From the sequence record SRR20825019_2100: 55,702 nucleotides of DNA; one strand, 5' to 3'. This document shows, one piece after another, positions 1 through 9,490 of the stretch (positions within the stretch are counted from its first letter, which is position 1; every line of letters begins with the position of its first letter). The notes beneath the pieces are model-generated. The model was given only the letters and a program-made list of their open reading frames with translations. It ran no database searches and was not told where the DNA came from. The position numbers were made by a program, and so were the translations under genes.

Positions 1-398
1 GCTTCAAAACGTCCCATAATGATACAGTTCGTGATGATCAACCCAACGAAAACCGACAGTTTCTCAGAAACATCCGGTAAGAATGCTTTCAAGACCTCGT
101 TAACAATAATTACTAGAGCAGCTACAACTACCAACTGTACAATAATTCTAATTCTTGAAGGGATTAAGTTTCTCATAAGGGAGATGCTTAAATTTCCGAG
201 GATAAGTACAAACAATACCGCGGCTCCCATAACAATTCCTTGTTGAACTTGAACCGTAATTGCCAAGGCAGAACAGATTCCAAGAACTTGTACTGTAACA
301 GGGTTATTATCCGTTAATGGATCTGTAACCAGTTTTTTATTTTTCTTTGAGAATAATGGTTCTTTTGGAGCCTTCTCATTTTTTACAACTTCGCTCAT
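1..398 (-). CDS. nqrD: Na+-translocating NADH:quinone reductase subunit D (partial, runs off window start)
   Basis: Not in the ORF track. Manual translation from ATG at 398 gives MSEVVKNEK...DNNPVTVQVLGICSALA...IPSRIRIIVQL...LSVFVGLIITNCIIMGRFEA, which are NqrD/RnfE motifs. Directly downstream of nqrC. Confidence 0.95.
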   Translation of the reverse strand, partial: MSEVVKNEKAPKEPLFSKKNKKLVTDPLTDNNPVTVQVLGICSALAITVQVQQGIVMGAAVLFVLILGNLSISLMRNLIPSRIRIIVQLVVVAALVIIVNEVLKAFLPDVSEKLSVFVGLIITNCIIMGRFE

Positions 399-402
399 CT
401 GT

Positions 403-1140
403 CTACTTATTAGATAATGTTTTGAAATATGTGTGATAGATTGCCAAGCATCTATTTGCCATCTCCTCTACTCCTTTAGAAGTAATTGTTCCTCCAGTAA
501 TTCCATCGACCTTAGATTCACGATCTTTTCCAGATCCATCCTTTACGATTTCGAACTTAGCGAACTCACCTGCTTCATTTGAGATTTTTTCACCAATCCA
601 ACGATCGATAAAAAAGCCTTGTGTGATCTCAGCGCCCAATCCTGGAGTTTCACCTTTGTGTCCAAAAGAAGCACCAGCAATTGTATTCATGTCTTCAGCT
701 AAACACACATTTCCCCAAATTGGTCCCCAAAGACCTTTTCCAACAACAGGAATCACATAAAATGTTTTCCCGTCCATCTCAGCGATGAACAAAGGATAAT
801 TTTTATCCTTTTCTTCCAGCTTCTTGTCCTTGTTTTCTTTTTTCACATCAACTTCGAACGCTTTCACGCCTTCTTTGATCTCTCCGTTCATGTCAAGTAC
901 GATTGCTTTATTCAGGTCGACGTATTTATCGAACTCAGCTTCTGCATTCTTACGTGTTATTCCAAGCGAATCGATATCCATCAACGCTGAAAGAATATCT
1001 AATTTTCTTTTCACCTCGTCATTTCTATCTTGCATTGGCTTAAGCCCCTTCGCTAAAAGCGCAAGAGTAGTCCCAACAACAACAACAAGAATAATTGCAA
1101 AGGCAAACGTATATCCGTTACTATCTCTATTGACTGCCAT
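403..1140 (-). CDS. nqrC: Na+-NQR subunit C
   Basis: N-terminal TM, GKGLWGPIWG, HKGETPGLGAEI and FMN-attachment motif VDGITGGT; operon position. Confidence 0.96.
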   Translation of the reverse strand: MAVNRDSNGYTFAFAIILVVVVGTTLALLAKGLKPMQDRNDEVKRKLDILSALMDIDSLGITRKNAEAEFDKYVDLNKAIVLDMNGEIKEGVKAFEVDVKKENKDKKLEEKDKNYPLFIAEMDGKTFYVIPVVGKGLWGPIWGNVCLAEDMNTIAGASFGHKGETPGLGAEITQGFFIDRWIGEKISNEAGEFAKFEIVKDGSGKDRESKVDGITGGTITSKGVEEMANRCLAIYHTYFKTLSNK

Positions 1141-1142
1141 AA

Positions 1143-2345
1143 TTATGCTGTTTTAAGTCTTTTTAATCTACGTTTGATATTCGCTTGAACCACATAGTGA
1201 TCAATAATTGGCGCCATTACGTTCATGAACAGAATAGCTAACATCACTCCTTCAGGATAAGCGGGGTTCAGTACACGAATTAAAATCGCGACCAATCCAC
1301 CAAAAAATCCATAGAAAAGTTTTCCCGTCGCCGTTTGTGAAGCCGTAACTGGGTCTGTAGCCATGAATACCGCTCCGAATGCGAACCCTCCAATTACTAA
1401 ATGATAATATGACGGAAGATCCATGTAAGGATTACCACCTACTAAATTCATCAACAAACCAGCAACCAAACCACCAGCGAAAAAGGATGCCATAATTCTT
1501 AGCGATCCAACTCCTGTAATTAATAGTATTGCAGCACCAATAAGACATGCAATTACAGATGTCTCACCTATTGACCCTGGTATTATTCCTACAAAAGAGT
1601 CAAACAGTGAATAACTATTTGTATACCCATCTAAATTTTCAAATACTGGCTTATCAGTCATAAAAGTTGCTAAATCGCCAAGAGCTGTAGACCCTGTAAA
1701 TCCGTCAACACCTTCCAACTCTTTTCCTGCCATCCATACCTTATCTCCAGACATTGAATTTGGGTATGCGAAGAATAAAAATGCTCTCGCTGTTAATGCA
1801 ACGTTCACAATATTCATTCCTGTTCCACCGAAAATTTCCTTTCCGATAACAACCGCAAAAACAGTTGCAACTGCCACCATCCATAACGGAACATCAGCAG
1901 GCATAACAAGAGGAATAAGCATTCCTGACACCAAGAATCCTTCGTGAAGCGAGTGACCTTTGATAACACCAAAAATAAACTCTACAAACAAACCTACTCC
2001 GTACGAAACAACGATAAGTGGTAACACCGTCATTAATCCAAGACCAGCTTTTGTCCAAAAGTCAGCTAAATAAGGAATTGATCTATCTCCCAATTGGGCT
2101 ACCATTTCGTAGTGACCTGCATTATATATCCCGAAAAGAAGACAAGGGACCAAAGCAATGATCACTGTCATCATTGTTCGTTTTAAGTCAACTGCATCAC
2201 GAATGTGTGCACCTTTCTTTGTTACAATTCCTGGTGTAAATAGAAGTGTTGTAAATGACTCAAAAACTGGATTCCATTTTTCCAATTTGCCACCTTTGGC
2301 AAATCTTGGTTCCATTTTATGTACTATATTCTCTAAGAACTTCAC
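1143..2345 (-). CDS. nqrB: Na+-NQR subunit B
   Basis: HIRDAVDLKRTM, KEIFGGTGMN, FMATDPVT, PAYPEGVMLAIL; polytopic. Confidence 0.96.
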   Translation of the reverse strand: MKFLENIVHKMEPRFAKGGKLEKWNPVFESFTTLLFTPGIVTKKGAHIRDAVDLKRTMMTVIIALVPCLLFGIYNAGHYEMVAQLGDRSIPYLADFWTKAGLGLMTVLPLIVVSYGVGLFVEFIFGVIKGHSLHEGFLVSGMLIPLVMPADVPLWMVAVATVFAVVIGKEIFGGTGMNIVNVALTARAFLFFAYPNSMSGDKVWMAGKELEGVDGFTGSTALGDLATFMTDKPVFENLDGYTNSYSLFDSFVGIIPGSIGETSVIACLIGAAILLITGVGSLRIMASFFAGGLVAGLLMNLVGGNPYMDLPSYYHLVIGGFAFGAVFMATDPVTASQTATGKLFYGFFGGLVAILIRVLNPAYPEGVMLAILFMNVMAPIIDHYVVQANIKRRLKRLKTA

Positions 2346-2364
2346 TGTTTCTTGATTTTAATTC

Positions 2365-3729
2365 TTACATACATTCTTTACCGATCAAATCCAACCCTTG
2401 TCGAATTTCATCTTGAATATCAATTTTGGATGTGCACACGAACTCGCAAAGAGCGAAATCTTCTGGTGCGACCTCGTAAATCCCAAGGTTCTCCATGCCG
2501 TCGATATCTTGAGTTATTGCAGCTTTTGCTAATTGCATAGGAAGAATATCAAATGGAAAAACTCTTTCCAATTCTCCAGTTACCACAAAAGCTCTTTCCT
2601 CTCCGTTTGTATTCGTATCAACAACAAATTCCTTTTTAGGAGTCAATACCGAAGCAAACAATCTTGAATTCGTAAGCTTTTTAAATCCAAGAGGCACAGC
2701 CCAACCATCTGTTGGCGCAAATTTCATTTTATTACCTTCTGGGATTGCTGTAATTTGATTGTGATAAAAACCAAGATAACCATCCATAGAAACTTTATCT
2801 CCAGTGAGAACGTTTCCACTAATGATTCGCGCATTATCTCCAGAAATTCTATCTTTTAATAAATTGGAAAGATCTGCTCCAACTATCGTTTCTACGTATG
2901 ACGGGTTCGACATTTCAGATCCTGTTAAAGCAATCTTTTTTCTCAAATCGAACTTTCCCGTAGAGAAGAAACGTCCAATAATTGCTACATCTTGAGCATT
3001 TACCGTCCATACAAACTCTCCTTTATTAACTGGATCAATATGGTGAATTTGAGTTCCAACATTCCCAGCAGGATGCTTTCCGTAAATTTTATTTATCTGA
3101 ACTCCTTTTACATTTCCAATTGAACTTGAAGCTTGAGATTTACCATCTATCGTCAAATGAACCTTACCTTCTGTTAATTTTGACAGAGCGGATAGTCCAA
3201 CTTGAAACTCTTCTGATCTACCTTCAAGTAAAAAGTCAAAATCAGGAGCCAATGGTGAGCTATCAAAACCCGAAACAAAAATCGCCTTAGGGCTATTCTT
3301 CGGATTTGCGACAATGTCAAGAGGTCTTTGTTTTACGAAAGGCCATAATCCACTAGTCAGCATCAATTCCTTAACTTGTTCATTTGAAAGACTCTCCAAT
3401 GAACCTAAATTCGTTTGAACGTACTCGATCTCCTTTGAGCAGGAAATGAGAACTTCAAGAATTCTACGTTTCTCGCCTCGTACTATTTCCTTAATAGTTC
3501 CACTTACTGGAGAAGCATACTTAATGACCTCGTTGTATTTGTCATGGAAAAGAATATCACCAGATTTCACTGAATCACCTTCTTTAACAATCATTTTGGG
3601 AGTTAAGCCATGAAAATCTTCAGGTTTTATTGCTGCCAATTCTGGCATAACGAATACTGAAGTCACTTTTTCGGCCTTGCCTACCAACTTGATATCCAGA
3701 CCCTTTCTGAGTTTTATTGTTTTGGACAT
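2365..3729 (-). CDS. nqrA: Na+-NQR subunit A
   Basis: IKLRKGLDI, SPVSG, RGEKR, GKHPAGNVG, PEDFALCEFVCTSK. Start placed at MSKTIK (3729); 3741 is an alternative. Confidence 0.95.
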   Translation of the reverse strand: MSKTIKLRKGLDIKLVGKAEKVTSVFVMPELAAIKPEDFHGLTPKMIVKEGDSVKSGDILFHDKYNEVIKYASPVSGTIKEIVRGEKRRILEVLISCSKEIEYVQTNLGSLESLSNEQVKELMLTSGLWPFVKQRPLDIVANPKNSPKAIFVSGFDSSPLAPDFDFLLEGRSEEFQVGLSALSKLTEGKVHLTIDGKSQASSSIGNVKGVQINKIYGKHPAGNVGTQIHHIDPVNKGEFVWTVNAQDVAIIGRFFSTGKFDLRKKIALTGSEMSNPSYVETIVGADLSNLLKDRISGDNARIISGNVLTGDKVSMDGYLGFYHNQITAIPEGNKMKFAPTDGWAVPLGFKKLTNSRLFASVLTPKKEFVVDTNTNGEERAFVVTGELERVFPFDILPMQLAKAAITQDIDGMENLGIYEVAPEDFALCEFVCTSKIDIQDEIRQGLDLIGKECM

Positions 3730-3756
3730 GCGTTGAAGCATTTAAAAAATTCATCG

Positions 3757-3764
3757 CAAAAATA
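3757..3764 (-). promoter_or_regulatory. Bacteroidota sigma70 -7 element for the nqr operon
   Basis: TATTTTTG on the minus strand matches TAnnTTTG, about 27 nt upstream of nqrA. Confidence 0.6.
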
Positions 3765-3811
3765 AGAAAAACACACGTTCGAGCATATTTCGGCGCTTCA
3801 TAGATTATCTA

Positions 3812-3846
3812 AATTGTTAATTTAGATTAATTCTAAATTAACAATT
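3812..3846. promoter_or_regulatory. Perfect 15-bp inverted repeat with a Fur-box-like core between divergent nqrA and apaG
   Basis: AATTGTTAATTTAGA-ttaat-TCTAAATTAACAATT; core ATTTAGATTAATTCTAAAT. Confidence 0.65.
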
Positions 3847-3907
3847 GTCACCTATCCAAACGCAACCGAATTTCGTCTTTAGTCTAAAGCTGAAAACTTT
3901 AGGCAGT

Positions 3908-4294
3908 ATGAGTACGTTGATTACATCAGGAATTAAAATTTCGGTAAGCACTAGCTTCAGAAGTGATCTATCGGAAGGATTAGAGTCTAGTTACTTCTTC
4001 AATTACACAATTGAAATTCAGAATCAGAATGATTTTGAGGTACAATTGCTATCCAGGGACTGGTATATTTTTGACAGTCTTGGTGACACAAGGTATGTCA
4101 ACGGTGTCGGAGTCATTGGAGAGCAACCTATTCTTAAACCAAGAGAGCGCTACCGATACACAAGTGGATGTGACCTTCGTTCGGAGATTGGAATTATGAA
4201 GGGCTTCTATACTTTCAAAAATTTAGTAGATCATGAATTATTCGAAGTTTTTGTACCAACATTCAAACTAGAATTCCCCTACAGACTAAATTGA
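3908..4294 (+). CDS. apaG: ApaG domain protein
   Basis: VQLLSRDWYIFDS, GVGVIGEQPIL, YTSGC, G.MKGFY. ATG at 3908 (MSTLIT) gives the typical length. Confidence 0.93.
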   Translation: MSTLITSGIKISVSTSFRSDLSEGLESSYFFNYTIEIQNQNDFEVQLLSRDWYIFDSLGDTRYVNGVGVIGEQPILKPRERYRYTSGCDLRSEIGIMKGFYTFKNLVDHELFEVFVPTFKLEFPYRLN

Positions 4295-5505
4295 CTTTTT
4301 GTTCTTGCTCTATTTAAATAAAAAACTAATGAGCATGAAAGCAATATTGCAAAGAAACCGAGCCAAAGCCAAAAGAATCTATCTATTTTTCTTTCATTGA
4401 GCATCTCTGCCGAGCCAGTTTTAGCAATCTGAGAAGATAATTCCCTCACCTCAAAACTAATTTCTTTCTTCTTCGCTAGAAGCTCTTTTAAAAACTCAAA
4501 TCGCTTTCCAAATCTGGTCTGATTCTTTTCAATAAATGAGTTAGGAAAAGCCAGAAGAAGGACCTCTAGAGCATCATACTCATCCCGAATCATTCCTGCT
4601 TCTTTAGCGATCTCAGATGCCTTAATGAGGTAGTCATCGGCTTCTTCATATCGCTCATTCATGATATAAAAAGTACCCAAATTAAAGTGAGCATCAATAA
4701 TGGGCTTTTTAGCTCCTAAATCCTCTCTGCATTCCTTAGCAAGCAGAAAGTTCTTTTCGGCCAAGGTCATTTGATCATTTCCTGCATCAATTATCGCTTG
4801 ATTAGTTAGTGCATTGGCTATGTGCGTCTTTGAAGTCGATTTCTTAGCATACGCTACACTTTGTGCATAATACATTTTAGCTACTGGTTTATCTCCGAGG
4901 TCAAAAAAAATCATTCCTAAAAAAGCACATGCATCTGCTGCTGATCCATAATTATTTGATTCGATGCAATTATTTAAAAAAACAGAAGAAATTCGAATGC
5001 CAAGTAGCGTATCTCCATCCATACAATGTACCTTTCCTAAACCAAGCATGCCGTTAAATCTAGATCTTCGATCTTCAGACTGAATGCCATAGTTTAAAGA
5101 CTCTATGTAATACATAGATGCCTCAGCAATATTACTTAATTGATAATTTGCATTTCCTATTTCATTACAAATCTCAGACATTTGACGATAATCACTTAAA
5201 ACCTGAAAATACGTAAATGATTTATTCAAAAGTTTAATTGCTTCAATAAATTCTCCCTTTCTAGAATAATAACTGCCTAGATACCTGCATCCGAGAAAAA
5301 ACAACTTATTATTCCGTTTCAACAAAGACTCCGAAAGAAGTCGCATAGAGTCTAAATCAGTATTCAAGTATCGATCTTTTAACTCTTCCGCAAGGAAAAA
5401 TGAATAATCATGATCCGGAAACTTTTCGTCAAAATCAATCTGGGAAAACCCCATGGAAAACTGTCCTAAAAAAAGGAGCATAAGAAGAGATCGAAGAGCA
5501 TGCAT
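4279..5505 (-). CDS. Tetratricopeptide-repeat protein with signal peptide and C-terminal TM helix
   Basis: Signal-like MHALRSLLMLLFLGQFSMGFSQ, multiple TPR-like helices (NEIGNANY, FNLGTFY), hydrophobic C-terminal helix. Confidence 0.75.
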   Translation of the reverse strand: MHALRSLLMLLFLGQFSMGFSQIDFDEKFPDHDYSFFLAEELKDRYLNTDLDSMRLLSESLLKRNNKLFFLGCRYLGSYYSRKGEFIEAIKLLNKSFTYFQVLSDYRQMSEICNEIGNANYQLSNIAEASMYYIESLNYGIQSEDRRSRFNGMLGLGKVHCMDGDTLLGIRISSVFLNNCIESNNYGSAADACAFLGMIFFDLGDKPVAKMYYAQSVAYAKKSTSKTHIANALTNQAIIDAGNDQMTLAEKNFLLAKECREDLGAKKPIIDAHFNLGTFYIMNERYEEADDYLIKASEIAKEAGMIRDEYDALEVLLLAFPNSFIEKNQTRFGKRFEFLKELLAKKKEISFEVRELSSQIAKTGSAEMLNERKIDRFFWLWLGFFAILLSCSLVFYLNRARTKSQFSL

Positions 5506-5576
5506 AAGCTGAGTTTTGATTAGATTACGTTGCAAGGATAACGAACATTCGTTACTTTTACAAAAAACAAAAAATA

Positions 5577-7205
5577 ATGTCAAACGCTTTTTTTCAGATA
5601 CCAGTTGCGGTAAACGAACCAGTCAGATCTTATGCAAAAGATTCTGTCGAACGATTAAACCTCATCAATACTTACAAAGAAATGATGACTTCTGAACCTC
5701 TTGATATACCAATGGTAATAGGTGGTAAAGAAGTTAGAACAAATCACCAAAAACCTGTTAATCCTCCTCATGACCACACGAAAACAGTTGGTCATTATCA
5801 TTTTGGAAGCGGTGAACATGTAACTTCTGCTATAAATAGTGCATTAGCAGCTAGAGTTCAGTGGTCAGAGCTTTCTTGGGAGTACAGGGCATCTATTTTT
5901 CTAAGGGCGGCTGACTTACTCGCAGGACCTTATAGAGATCGATTAAATGCAGCCACCATGATCGCTCAATCAAAAAATGTATATCAAGCGGAAATTGATG
6001 CGGCATGTGAACTAATTGACTTTTTCAGGTTTAATGTTCAATACATGACTCAAATTTACAAAGAGCAACCTGAATCACTTCCAGGGATGTGGAACAGACT
6101 TGAATATAGAGGATTGGAAGGATTTGTTTTCGCTATTTCTCCATTCAACTTTACTTCAATTTGTGCCAATTTGTGCGCAGCTCCTGCTATGATGGGGAAC
6201 GTTGTTGTTTGGAAACCTGCAGAGTCGCAAATGTATTCAGCTCACGTAATCATGGATCTATTTAAAGAAGCTGGAGTGCCTGACGGTGTCATTAACATGA
6301 TTTCTGTTGACGGTCCTGTTGCCGGAGATATTATATTTAAGCATAGAGAATTTGCTGGACTTCATTTTACAGGTTCAACGGGGGTTTTTAGACACCTTTG
6401 GAAGGAAATTGGAGAGAACATTGCTTCTTACAGAAGTTACCCAAGAATTGTTGGAGAAACTGGAGGAAAGGATTTTGTGATGGTTCACGCATCGGCTAAG
6501 GCTGATCAAGTTGCTACCGCATTATCCAGAGGCTCATTTGAATTTCAAGGGCAAAAATGCTCAGCTGCTTCGAGGGCGTACATTCCTCAAAGTTTATGGA
6601 GTGATGTGAAGTCCTTGCTGATCGAACAAGTAAGTTCTTTTAAAATAGGATCTCCAGAGGATACTTCCAACTTCATCAATGCTGTAATTGACGAGATTTC
6701 TTTCGATAAAATTTCAGGATACATTGACTTCATTAAAACTCAATCTGATGCAGAAATAATTGTCGGTGGAGGTTATGATAAATCCAAAGGTTACTTTATT
6801 GAACCGACCGTTGTTGTAACAACAAACCCGTCATTCAGAACGATGTGTGAAGAGATTTTTGGACCAGTACTTACGATTTACGTTTACGAAGATTCAAAAT
6901 TTGAAGAGACGTTGGAGATTCTTGACCAAACTTCTGATTATGCGCTTACGGGCGCAATTATTTCTACGGATAGATATGCTATTGAATTGGCGACTAGAAA
7001 ACTAGTCAATGCCGCTGGTAACTTTTATATCAACGATAAACCAACTGGTGCAGTTGTTGGACAACAACCATTTGGCGGTGCACGTGGATCTGGGACAAAT
7101 GATAAAGCGGGAGCACCAATGAATCTTCTTCGTTGGGTGTCTGCAAGAACGATAAAGGAAACTTTTGTACCTGCTAGTGATTATAAATATCCATTCTTGG
7201 ATTAA
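5577..7205 (+). CDS. pruA: L-glutamate gamma-semialdehyde (P5C) dehydrogenase
   Basis: EIDAACELIDF, ISPFNFT, FTGST, GETGGKDF, FQGQKCSAASR, EEIFGP, QQPFGGARGSGTNDKAG. Confidence 0.95.
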   Translation: MSNAFFQIPVAVNEPVRSYAKDSVERLNLINTYKEMMTSEPLDIPMVIGGKEVRTNHQKPVNPPHDHTKTVGHYHFGSGEHVTSAINSALAARVQWSELSWEYRASIFLRAADLLAGPYRDRLNAATMIAQSKNVYQAEIDAACELIDFFRFNVQYMTQIYKEQPESLPGMWNRLEYRGLEGFVFAISPFNFTSICANLCAAPAMMGNVVVWKPAESQMYSAHVIMDLFKEAGVPDGVINMISVDGPVAGDIIFKHREFAGLHFTGSTGVFRHLWKEIGENIASYRSYPRIVGETGGKDFVMVHASAKADQVATALSRGSFEFQGQKCSAASRAYIPQSLWSDVKSLLIEQVSSFKIGSPEDTSNFINAVIDEISFDKISGYIDFIKTQSDAEIIVGGGYDKSKGYFIEPTVVVTTNPSFRTMCEEIFGPVLTIYVYEDSKFEETLEILDQTSDYALTGAIISTDRYAIELATRKLVNAAGNFYINDKPTGAVVGQQPFGGARGSGTNDKAGAPMNLLRWVSARTIKETFVPASDYKYPFLD

Positions 7206-7223
7206 GATCCATAATAACGGACA

Positions 7224-7262
7224 TAAAAAAAGCGGTAAGATTCATTTCCTACCGCTTTTTTA
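7224..7262. terminator. Bidirectional intrinsic terminator
   Basis: AAAAAAAGCGGTA-loop-TACCGCTTTTTT between convergent pruA and a lipoprotein gene. Confidence 0.85.
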
Positions 7263-7278
7263 TATGCTATTTTTTCTT

Positions 7279-7893
7279 TTAAAGCTCTCTGAAAGAATTA
7301 ATCATCTTCATTGCCTCATCCTTAAAGTCATCTTTTCTAGATGTTAACGTCCATGCCATTACGGTATAAAGATTATCTTTCCCTTCAACAAAAGTCAGGT
7401 AATAAGTAACTGCTTCAGGAATTCCAGCAACATTGGAATCAAACTCCGTAATCGTAGCATTCATCCCATTGATTTTCTTTGTCTTTCGATTGATCTTGCC
7501 AATAACGGATGCTTCATTGATGATAAAGCTTTCCTTTGCCTCTGAAAACATTTCAAGTAATGTTCTTTTTTCATCATACAAATCATAACTCTTCAGATCA
7601 GCAATCAAAGTCTCTTTATCTTCATCAAGAATAATTATGTATTTTTCCTTGTATAGATTGTTATACTGAAGTGACGCTTCATCATTTAAGTCTTTTGTAC
7701 TCACCATAAAATCTGGGATGTCAATAGAGTAAAGATTGTTCACTTTCTTTGTGTCAAACTTTGTTTCGGACGCAGATTTTAACTTTTCCAAAAAATCTTG
7801 CGAACCATCTGCAGAAACTGAAGATGAACAAGATGTGAGTGCGAAAATAGCTGTTAGACCAAAGCACCCTAGTATAGTTACTGTTTTTTTCAT
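7279..7893 (-). CDS. Hypothetical lipoprotein (possibly PsbP/DcrB-like fold)
   Basis: Lipobox ALTSC after a hydrophobic stretch; the C-terminal pattern KINGMNA...YYLTFVEGK..LYTVMAWT...INSF is reminiscent of PsbP-like proteins. Confidence 0.7.
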   Translation of the reverse strand: MKKTVTILGCFGLTAIFALTSCSSSVSADGSQDFLEKLKSASETKFDTKKVNNLYSIDIPDFMVSTKDLNDEASLQYNNLYKEKYIIILDEDKETLIADLKSYDLYDEKRTLLEMFSEAKESFIINEASVIGKINRKTKKINGMNATITEFDSNVAGIPEAVTYYLTFVEGKDNLYTVMAWTLTSRKDDFKDEAMKMINSFREL

Positions 7894-7949
7894 AGTAGAT
7901 TATTTTGATTTATTCTACCACAAAATACACAAATAATCTACTTTCCAAT

Positions 7950-8435
7950 CTATCTCAAACATTTAAAGTAATCAAAAGGTTCTTGACATTCGTTGCACTT
8001 ATAGTGCGCCTTGCAGGCTGTACTACCGAACTGACTTACCAATTTTGTGTTTTTGGAGGAACACTTCGGGCAACCAATTGTCGGCGAATCTGCAAATAAT
8101 ACGCTTTTATCTACCTCGTCTACTGGAGGAGCGATTCCGTATGCAAGAAGTTTGCTCTTTCCTTCCTCACTGAGCCAATCTGTAGTCCACGCAGGAGACA
8201 ATACCAACTCCACATTTACATTGGAGATTTCATTTTCCAACATTTTTTCATGAATGTCCTGCTCTATTCGTTGCATAGCTGGACAACCTGTGTATGTCGG
8301 GGTGATTTTTATATCAATCGAATCTTCTTTAACGACCACCGATCGTACGATTCCTAAATCCAAGATAGTTAATACGGGAACCTCTGGATCAAATACCTCG
8401 GTTAACAACTCCCATATTCTTGACTCCGTTACCAT
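7950..8435 (-). CDS. paaD: Phenylacetyl-CoA epoxidase subunit PaaD (PaaJ)
   Basis: DPEVPVLTILDLGIVR, TPTYTGCPA, PAWTTDW, CPKC...FGSTACKAHYKC..C.EPFDYFKC. Confidence 0.94.
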   Translation of the reverse strand: MVTESRIWELLTEVFDPEVPVLTILDLGIVRSVVVKEDSIDIKITPTYTGCPAMQRIEQDIHEKMLENEISNVNVELVLSPAWTTDWLSEEGKSKLLAYGIAPPVDEVDKSVLFADSPTIGCPKCSSKNTKLVSQFGSTACKAHYKCNECQEPFDYFKCLR

Positions 8436-9181
8436 TTCATTCCAGGGTACGCACGTTGCATGTATTGCAATTCAGCAAGAATATATCCTAGATGTTCAGA
8501 ATGTAACCCTTTTCGTCCTCCTTGCATTTTCCAATTATTCTCTGGAATTTTCAAGGTAGCTTCCGAGAGAATTTCTAAAACGTACTTTTTCCAATTTACC
8601 TCAATTTCGGTCATTGAAGGAATCACACCTTTTGATTCAAGTTCAATTTCAACTTCATCTGTGTAAAACAGTTCTGAAGAATATCTCCATAATGTGTCAA
8701 GTGATTCTTGAACTCTTCTATGGGATTCTTCTGTACCATCTCCAAGGCGAATTACCCATTCTGCGGAGTGACGTAAATGATATTTTGTCTCTTTAAGTGC
8801 TTTTTCAGCAATGGCTGCTACCATTTCATCTGTTGAAGAAACTAGACCTTCAAAAAGCAATTTTCTATACGCATCAAACAAAAATTGACGCATCATGGTC
8901 ATTCCAAAATCTCCGTTTGGCTGTTCTACTAAAAGCGCATTCTTATATTCTCTGGCGTATCTTAAGAAGGCAAGCTGATCTTCATCTCTTCCTTTTCCTT
9001 CAACTTCTCCTGCGTACTTTAAAATATTTGTTGCCTGTCCTATAAGATCTAACGAAATATTCGTTGTAGCAATATCTTCTTCCAGCACAGGTCCGTGACC
9101 GCACAATTCAGATAGTCTATGACCGAGGATTAAACTATCATCCCCTAATCTCAATAAGTATTCAAATAAAAATTGGTTCAT
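8429..9181 (-). CDS. paaC: Phenylacetyl-CoA epoxidase subunit C
   Basis: LRLGDDSLILGHRLSELCGHGPVLEEDIA, KETKYH, RLGDGTEES, HSEHLGY..ELQYMQRAYP. Confidence 0.95.
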   Translation of the reverse strand: MNQFLFEYLLRLGDDSLILGHRLSELCGHGPVLEEDIATTNISLDLIGQATNILKYAGEVEGKGRDEDQLAFLRYAREYKNALLVEQPNGDFGMTMMRQFLFDAYRKLLFEGLVSSTDEMVAAIAEKALKETKYHLRHSAEWVIRLGDGTEESHRRVQESLDTLWRYSSELFYTDEVEIELESKGVIPSMTEIEVNWKKYVLEILSEATLKIPENNWKMQGGRKGLHSEHLGYILAELQYMQRAYPGMKW

Positions 9182-9190
9182 CTAAAAATC

Positions 9191-9478
9191 TTACATGTGA
9201 GAAATTCCATCCGGCACATCGTAAAACGTTGGATGCCTATAAACCTTTGAGTGCGCAGGTTCGAAAAGTGAATCTGCATCTGATGGATTCGAAGCAAAAA
9301 TGTCTACTGATTCAACCACCCAAATACTTACACCTTCAGATCTTCTTGTATATACGTCACGCGCATTTTCTACTGCCATTTCAGCATCAGCAGCTCTTAA
9401 GCTTCCTACATGCTTGTGACTTAATCCTTGTTTGCTTCTAATGAAAACCTCCCAAAGAGGCCATTCTTTCTGTGTCAT
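9191..9478 (-). CDS. paaB: Phenylacetyl-CoA epoxidase subunit B
   Basis: WPLWEVFIRSKQGL.HKHVGSL, ARDVYTRRSEGVSIWVV, YRHPTFY. Confidence 0.95.
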   Translation of the reverse strand: MTQKEWPLWEVFIRSKQGLSHKHVGSLRAADAEMAVENARDVYTRRSEGVSIWVVESVDIFASNPSDADSLFEPAHSKVYRHPTFYDVPDGISHM

Positions 9479-9490
9479 GCTATTTCTTTT

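Noticed and set aside
1681-1710. NqrB flavinylation motif reads DGFTGST rather than SGAT
   Set aside because: The acceptor Thr is retained and the substitution is conservative; probably ordinary variation
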